Shown piece by piece: positions 56,839 through 64,000 of a stretch of DNA of 64,000 bases. The stretch spans positions 295,864,001-295,928,000 of the forward strand of contig OZ024740.1 of the NCBI GenBank assembly GCA_964016885.1, given 5' to 3'. Each line of letters opens with the position of its first letter. Position 1 is the first letter of the stretch. This DNA comes from Eledone cirrhosa (Eukaryota). The translations under genes and the position numbers were made by a program. The notes under the pieces were generated by a model. That model made no database searches. It was not told the origin of the DNA and worked only from the letters and a program-made list of their open reading frames with translations.

Positions 56839-58626
56839 TTACCTCTCTGCGTCCCGGGTATCGGGCTGCACAATTTCCATTAGGGTGGGGGATGGGTTGT
56901 TGGGTGGGGTGGTGGTTTGTGGAAGTGTGGGGGCATCAGTGTGTTGTGTGGTTGGGGAGCTTGGAGTTGTGAGGGTGTTTGGGGAGGGGGTGGGATAGTT
57001 TTTTAGGAGGACGCGGTTAATGGGCCCGACGCAGGGGGGACCCACGTCCTCTTTAAAATTGTTTTTTAAAGTTTTATAGGTGTCCTGTGGGGCCTTAATC
57101 ATTTTGAGGTGGGGGAAATCCCCTGCCTGGGTGAAGTTAGGCCCTTGTGTTTTTATTAGATTGTTGTTGTACACAATGTTTAACAGTTTTTTGTTTCTTG
57201 TATTTATGTATGTGTATGCATGTTTTTGTTTTTGTGTGGTGTTTTTTGTTTGCTGTTGTGAGCTCTTTTGTGTTGGTGTCAGTGTTATGTTTTGGGGAGG
57301 GGTTGTTTTCATTTGTGTGTCTGAGGTGTGTTTTCTTTTTTTTCTTTTGATTGTGTGGAAGTGCTCCTCCTCGTCTGACGACGAACTAGGGTCATCTTCC
57401 GCGTTGGAGGGGAGGGGTATATTTTCGGGTTGTGTTTGCGGTACGGGTGTTTTGGAAATTGTTTTTGTTTTTTGGGTGGAGGGGATGGGTTGGACATTGT
57501 TTTGTTTTGGTTTGAGCTGTGGTGGTTGTTTTTGTAGTGGTAGTTGTGGTGATTGTGTTGGTTGTGCAGTTGTTGGTGGTGTAGGCAGGATTGGGGTTTT
57601 CTTATTAAGTTGGGGACAGACAGCCCTCAGGTGACCTCTGGTTCCGCAGAGGTAACACGAGGGCCGTCTACCCTCAACGGTAATGTTGATGAAGGTTAGA
57701 TCATCCAGTATGACGCGTTCAGGGATCTGGGCGATCCTTTCGGGCCTCATTTGAACTACAAGTTCGAGGCTCGTTCCACTGAACGCGTCACCCGATGCCT
57801 TTCCCATGGACACCAGCATGTCATCCTCCAGGTCCAGAAAACCTGTCAAAACCCACCATATGTCCATAATCGGCAGGATGGTGTGGATTTTTATTTTTTG
57901 TGTTCTTCTACCCATGTACGTAGGGTAGAAGGTGTATGCGGTGGATGTGATTGGTTTGATGGACAGTTTCACTGCTGTGTCCCTGTCCTTCATGAGAATG
58001 GATAGACTCCCGTAGAGTCTATCCTTCTGAATGAAGGTGATGTCCTTCATGACGTCTTTTAAAACCAGCTCTATCTCGCTCTGTGATGGTTGAGCTGGTT
58101 TTTTACTTTTGTTCGAAATTGTCCTAAACATGACCGTGTTTAGGAGTCTCTGGCTTTTTAGTTCCGGGGGGGAATGGATTGTGAATGAACCATTTTCCCC
58201 GTACACTATATATTTTTTCGCATCCGCCAGTAGCTCCTTCGCTTTTGTTATATCTACTGGCAGATAGTCGAGGGTTTTCCTTGTCGTCTCGGCGAAGGAG
58301 AAATTTTGTTTGTTTGTGTTGTTGTTGTCGTTGGTGGTGTTGTTGTTATCATTGTTGTTGTTGTCACCGTTATTGGTCTTGTTGTTGTTATTGTTATTGT
58401 TATTGGTGTTGCTTTCGTCCGTCGCATTGTTGTTGTTGTTGCTGTTGCTGCTGGTTCTTTGGGTAGTTGCCATGGCAACGTCAAGTTGTCGGTTAACAGG
58501 TGGAGAGAATTCTTCCTCTGGCTGACCTATCTTCTTGACCTCTGCTACTGTGACAGTGGCAGGGGGAAGCTGTAAGTTCATCTTCCCCTTTCCTCCTTCG
58601 AATTTTGGTGAAGAAGCTTCGGCCAT
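56839..58626 (-). CDS. ORF1 protein, 595 aa, gag-like with one CCHC zinc knuckle
   Basis: ATG start and a poly-Asn/Thr tract. C-x2-C-x4-H-x4-C (CYLCGTRGHLRAVC) at 57616-57657, then a P/Q/T-rich linker, an acidic patch and a basic KRKKRK motif. Lies immediately upstream of ORF2, as in L1/Tx1 elements. Confidence 0.92.
   Translation of the reverse strand: MAEASSPKFEGGKGKMNLQLPPATVTVAEVKKIGQPEEEFSPPVNRQLDVAMATTQRTSSNSNNNNNATDESNTNNNNNNNNKTNNGDNNNNDNNNTTNDNNNTNKQNFSFAETTRKTLDYLPVDITKAKELLADAKKYIVYGENGSFTIHSPPELKSQRLLNTVMFRTISNKSKKPAQPSQSEIELVLKDVMKDITFIQKDRLYGSLSILMKDRDTAVKLSIKPITSTAYTFYPTYMGRRTQKIKIHTILPIMDIWWVLTGFLDLEDDMLVSMGKASGDAFSGTSLELVVQMRPERIAQIPERVILDDLTFINITVEGRRPSCYLCGTRGHLRAVCPQLNKKTPILPTPPTTAQPTQSPQLPLQKQPPQLKPKQNNVQPIPSTQKTKTISKTPVPQTQPENIPLPSNAEDDPSSSSDEEEHFHTIKRKKRKHTSDTQMKTTPPQNITLTPTQKSSQQQTKNTTQKQKHAYTYINTRNKKLLNIVYNNNLIKTQGPNFTQAGDFPHLKMIKAPQDTYKTLKNNFKEDVGPPCVGPINRVLLKNYPTPSPNTLTTPSSPTTQHTDAPTLPQTTTPPNNPSPTLMEIVQPDTRDAER
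58305..58452 (-). repeat. Imperfect (AAC/AAT)n trinucleotide tract encoding poly-Asn in ORF1
   Basis: TTG/TTA runs on the + strand; translates to ...NNNNNATDESNTNNNNNNNNK... Confidence 0.85.
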
Positions 58627-58827
58627 TTAAAAAAATATTGACTTTTCAACAAGAAAAAAAACTTTTTTTTTAACTATTTCGCCTAAAGGCGTAGAATATT
58701 TTGAGAGACTGACCAGATCAAAGTTTGACCTGGCAGTCCCTCTACAAAATGGTACAAAAATTAAAGTTATCAGACAAGAATTTCTATAGAAATTTAAACA
58801 GAACTTACTCAGCAAGTTATACGCGTG

Positions 58828-58860
58828 TGTCCATCCCAGAGATAGATAGATAGATAGATG
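58828..58860 (-). promoter_or_regulatory. Possible internal Pol II core promoter (CA start plus DPE-like GGACA at +28 to +32)
   Basis: With A at 58859 as +1, the sense strand reads GGACA (RGWYV) at 58832-58828. The motif is short and degenerate, and the initiator match is weak. Confidence 0.3.
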
Positions 58861-58864
58861 GATA
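58841..58864 (+). repeat. (GATA)n microsatellite at the 5' junction of copy 3
   Basis: GATAGATAGATAGATAGATGGATA. I saw no other tandem GATA run in the window. Confidence 0.9.
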
Positions 58865-61529
58865 TATTATATAGATAGTGAGCGTACCTGAGAATATATT
58901 ATATAGACAGTGAGTGTACCTAAGAATATATTATATAGACAGTGAGTGTACCTAATAAAATATTATATAGAGAGTGAGTGTACCTAAGAATATATTACAT
59001 AGACAGTGAGTGTACCTGACAATATATTATATAGATAGTGAGTGTACCTAAGAATATATTATATAGACAGTGACTGTACCTAATAATATATTATATAGAC
59101 AGTGATTGTACCTAAGAATATATTATATAGGCACTGAATGGACCTGAGAATATATTATCTAGACAATAAGTGTACCTAAGGATATATTATATAGAGAGTG
59201 AGTGTACTGAGAATATATTATATAGACAGTGAATGTATCCAAGAATATATTATATAGACAGTGAGTGTACCTGAGAATATATTATATAGACAGTGAGTGT
59301 ACCTAAGAATATATTATATAGATAGTGAGTGTATCTGAGAATATATTATATAGACAGTGAGTGTACATAAGAATATATTATATAGACAGTGAGTGTACCT
59401 AAGAATATATTATATAGATGGTGAGTGTATCTAAGAATATATTATATAGATAGTGAGTGTATCCAAGAATATATTATATAGACAGTGAGTGTACCTAAGA
59501 ATATATTATATAGACAGTGAGTGTACCTAAGAATATATTATATAGACAGTGAGTGTACCTAAGAATATATTATATAGACAGTGAGTGTACCTAGGAATAT
59601 ATTATATAGACAGTGAGTGTACCTAAGCATATATTATATAGACAGTGAGTGTACCTAAGATTATATTATATAGACAGTGAGTGTAACTCAGAATATATTA
59701 TATAGACAGTGAGTGTACCCGAGAATATATTATATAGACAGTGATTGTACCTAAGAATATATTATATAGACAGTGAGTGTACCTAACAATATATTATATA
59801 GACAGTGAGTGTACCTAAGAATATATTATATAGACAGTGAATGTATCAAAGAATATATTATATAGATAGTGAGTGTATCTGAGAATATATTATATAGACA
59901 GTGAGTGTACATAAGAATATATTATATAGATAGTGAGTGTATCCAGGAATATATTATATAGACAGTGAGTGTACCTGAGAATATATTATATAGACAGTGA
60001 GCGTACCTAAGAATATATTATATAGACAGTGAATGTATCCAAGAATATATTATATAGATAGTGAGTGTATCTGAGAATATATTATATAGACAGTGATTGT
60101 ACCTAAGAATATATTATATAGACAGTGAGTGTACCTAACAATATATTATATAGACAGTGAGTGTACCTAAGAATATATTATATAGAAAGTGAGTGTACCA
60201 AACAATATATTATATAGACGGTGAGTGTACCTAAGAATATATTATATAGACAGTGAGTGTACCTAACAATATATTATATAGACAGTGAGTGTACCTAAGA
60301 ATATATTATATAGACAGTGAGTGTACCTAAAATATATTATATAGAGAGTGAGTGTACCTAAGAATATATTATATAGACAGTGAGTGTACCTAAGAATATA
60401 TTATATAGACAGTGAGTGTACCTAAGAATATATTATATAGACAGTGATTGTACCTAAGAATATATTATATAGACAGTGAGTGTACCTGAAAATATATATT
60501 ATATAGACAGTGAGTGTACCTAAGAATATATTATATAGACAGTGAGTGTACCTAAGAATATATTATATAGAGTGTGAGTGTTCCTAAGAATATATTATAT
60601 AGACAGTGAGTGTACTGAATATATATCATATAGACAATGAGTGTACCTAACAATATATTATATAGACAGTGAGTGTACCTAAGAATATATTATATAGACA
60701 GCCTGTGTACTGAATATATATTATATATACAATGAGTGTACCTAAGAATATATTATATAGACAGTGAGTGTACCTAAGAATATATTATATAGACAGTGAG
60801 TGTACCTAAGAATATATTATATAGACAGTGAGTGTACCTAAGAATATATTATATAGACAGTGAGTGTTCCTAAGAATATATTATATAGACAGTGAGTGTA
60901 CTGAATATATATTATATAGACAATGAGTGTACCTAAGAATATATTATATAGACAGAGAGTGTACCTAAGAATATATTATATAGATAGTGAGCGTACCTGA
61001 GATTATATTATATAGACAGTGAGTGTACCTAAGAATATATTATATAGACAGTGAGTGTACCTAATAAAATATTATATAGAGAGTGAGTGTACCTAAGAAT
61101 ATATTACATAGACAGTGAGTGTACCTGACAATATATTATATAGATAGTGAGTGTACCTAAGAATATATTATATAGACAGTGAGTGTAACTAATAATATAT
61201 TATATTGACAGTGATTGTACCTAAGAATATATTATATAGGCACTGAATGGACCTGAGAATATATTATCTAGACAATAAGTGTACCTAAGGATATATTATA
61301 TAGAGAGTGAGTGTACTGAGAATATATTATATAGACAGTGAATGTATCCAAGAATATATTATATAGACAGTGAGTGTACCTGAGAATATATTATATAGAC
61401 AGTGAGTGTACCTAAGAATATATTATATAGACAGTGAATGTATCCAAGAATATATTATATAGATAGTGAGTGTATCTGAGAATATATTATATAGACAGTG
61501 AGTGTACATAAGAATATATTATATAGATA
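58862..61529. repeat. 32-bp satellite, segment 4
   Basis: Same monomer and orientation, between copies 3 and 4. Confidence 0.97.
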
Positions 61530-61940
61530 TGTTTCTTTTATTTGCCACTAGGGCATCAAAAGTGGGACAAGTACAAAGGGGGGAGTTTACACAAAAAGGC
61601 GTCCTCAATAAGGAGGAGGCAATAACAAAATATAAAAATAAAATAAGATATAACAAAAAATAAAATTTTTAACAAAATCCTCAATAGAGAGGAGGCGCCT
61701 TGGGGGGTCGCACACACCCCCGAAAAAAGTGTGCAACCCTTCTCCTCAGGAGCACAGAGAAGGGGTGCTCCCTTGGTCTTTCATCTTCCTCACCTATAGT
61801 CTGATGTAGAGTGAAGGCCCATTCACACGGGCCATTCTCGCCACTTTCACCCATCTTTCATAGAAACGGCTGGGGTGCAGCACCTCTCTCTCCATCCTGA
61901 TCCTTCTTCCGAAATGATATCGGAAGAAACGGACCAGTTG
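61530..61940 (-). mobile_element. Tx1-like retrotransposon, copy 4, severely 5'-truncated (411 bp)
   Basis: 3' UTR plus the last ~48 codons of ORF2 (61794-61940). 7-bp TSD ATAGATA at 61523-61529 and 61941-61947. Confidence 0.95.
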
Positions 61941-64000
61941 ATAGATAGTGAGTGTATCCAAGAATATATTATATAGACAGTGAGTGTACCTGAGAATATA
62001 TTATATAGACAGTGAGTGTACCTAAGAATATATTATATAGACAGTGAATGTATCCAAGAATATATTATATAGACAGTGAGTGTACATAAGAATATATTAT
62101 ATAGACAGTGAGTGTACCTAAGAATATATTATATAGATAGTGAGTGTATCTAAGAATATATTATATAGATAGTGAGTGTATCTAAGAATATATTATATAG
62201 ACAGTGAGTGTACCTAAGAATATATTATATAGACAGTGAGTGTACCTAAGAATATATTATATAGACAGTGAGTGTACCTAAGAATATATTATATATACAG
62301 TGAGTGTACCTAGGAATATATTATATAGACAGTGAGTGTACCTAAGCATATATTATATAGACAGTGAGTGTACCTAAGATTATATTATATAGACAGTGAG
62401 TGTAACTAAGAATATATTATATAGACAGTGAGTGTACCCGAGAATATATTATATAGACAGTGATTGTACCTAAGAATATATTATATAGACAGTGAGTGTA
62501 CCTAACAATATATTATATAGACAGTGAGTGTACCTAAGAATATATTATATAGAAAGTCAGTGTACCAAACAAAATATTAAATAGACAGTGAGTGTACCTA
62601 TGAATATATTATATAGACAGTCAGTGTACTGAGAATATATTATATAGACAGTGAGTGTACCTAAGAATATATTATATAGATAGTGAGTGTATCTAAGAAT
62701 ATATTATATAGATAGTGAGTGTATCTAAGAATATATTATATAGACAGTGAGTGTACCTAAGAATATATTATATAGACAGTGAGTGTACCTAAGAATATAT
62801 TATATAGACAGTGATTGTACCTAAGAATATATTATATAGACAGTGAGTGTACCTGAAAATATATATTATATAGACAGTGAGTGTACCTAAGAATATATTA
62901 TATAGACAGTGAATGTATCCAAGAATATATTATATAGATAGTGAGTGTATCTGAGAATATATTATATAGACAGTGAGTGTACATAAGAATATATTATATA
63001 GATAGTGAGTGTATCCAAGAATATATTATATAGACAGTGAGTGTACCTGAAAATATATATTATATAGACAGTGAGTGTACCTAAGAATATATTATATAGA
63101 CAGTGAATGTATCAAAGAATATATTATATAGATAGTGAGTGTACCTGAGAATATATTATATAGACAGTAAGTGTACCTAAGAATATATTATATAGACAGG
63201 GAATGTATCCAAGAATATATTATATAGATAGTGAGTGTATCTGAGAATATATTATATAGACAGTGAGTGTACATAAGAATATATTATATAGACAGTGAGC
63301 GTACCTACGAATATATTATATAGATAGTGAGTGTACCTGAGAATATATTATATAGACAGTGAGTGTACCTAAGAATATATTATATAGAGTGTGAGTGTTC
63401 CTAAGAATATATTATATAGACAGTGAGTGTACTGAATATATATTATATAGACAATGAGTGTACCTAAGAATATATTATATAGACAGTGAGTGTACCTAAG
63501 AATATATTATATAGACAGTGAGTGTACCTAAGAATATATTATATAGACAGTGAGTGTACCTAAGAATATATTATATAGACAGTGAGTGTACCTAAGAATA
63601 TATTATATAGACAGTGAGTGTACCTAAGAATATATTATATAGAGTGTGAGTGTTCCTAAGAATATATTATATAGACAGTGAGTGTTCTGAATATATATTA
63701 TATAGACAATGAGTGTACCTAAGAATATATTATATAGACAGTGAGTGTACCTGACAATATATTATATAGACAGTGAGTGTACCTAAGAATATATTATATA
63801 GACAGTGAGTGTACCTAAGAATATATTATATAGACAGTGAGTGTTCCTAAGAATATATTATATAGACAGTGAGTGTACTGAATATATATTATATAGACAA
63901 TGAGTGTACCTAAGAATATATTATATAGACAGAGAGTGTACGTAAGAATATATTATATAGATAGTGAGCGTACCTGAGATTATATTATATAGACAGTGAG
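61941..64000. repeat. 32-bp satellite, segment 5 (runs off the right window edge)
   Basis: Same monomer and orientation, after copy 4. Confidence 0.97.

Larger units (their letters stand above)
53113..58861 (-). mobile_element. Tx1-like retrotransposon, copy 3, full length with intact ORF1 and ORF2 (about 5.75 kb)
   Basis: 5' UTR of about 215-235 bp, ORF1, ORF2 and a 264-bp 3' UTR. Flanked by ATATATTATATAGATA at 53097-53112 and 58862-58877. (GATA)n tract at the 5' junction. Confidence 0.97.

Noticed and set aside
58627-58815. 62-aa upstream ORF ending in TAA directly before the ORF1 ATG
   Set aside because: It starts at TTG rather than ATG, lies in the T-rich 5' UTR, and has no protein-like features.
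23834-61940. Four copies produced by segmental duplication or misassembly of one insertion
   Set aside because: They have different truncation points, TSD lengths, flanking monomers and private substitutions.
1-64000. Host species assignment, or a telomerase-type telomeric repeat
   Set aside because: There are no host genes. The monomer is long and variable and is not a short G-rich telomere unit, so neither claim can be supported from the sequence.

Overview
This is eukaryotic heterochromatin-like DNA. About 50 kb of the window is one AT-rich 32-bp satellite (consensus GACAGTGAGTGTACCTAAGAATATATTATATA). It carries recurrent variant-monomer cassettes and recent tandem block duplications of about 6.0-6.2, 2.6, 2.0 and 4.4 kb. 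Four near-identical copies of one L1-superfamily, Tx1-like non-LTR retrotransposon interrupt the array. ORF1 has a CCHC knuckle; ORF2 has an APE endonuclease, RT and a C-terminal zinc finger. One copy is full length with intact ORFs (53113-58861) and three are 5'-truncated (23834-29025, 33930-36587, 61530-61940). All four are on the minus strand, lack a poly(A) tail, have 7-17 bp flanking duplications, and insert at the same nucleotide (TATAGATA^GTGAG) of the minority GATAG monomer variant rather than the common GACAG one. The full-length copy also has a (GATA)n tract at its 5' end. Together these suggest a sequence-specific, TAGATAG/(GATA)n-recognising Tx1 family that recently colonised this satellite. 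No host genes, RNA genes or CRISPR arrays are supported.
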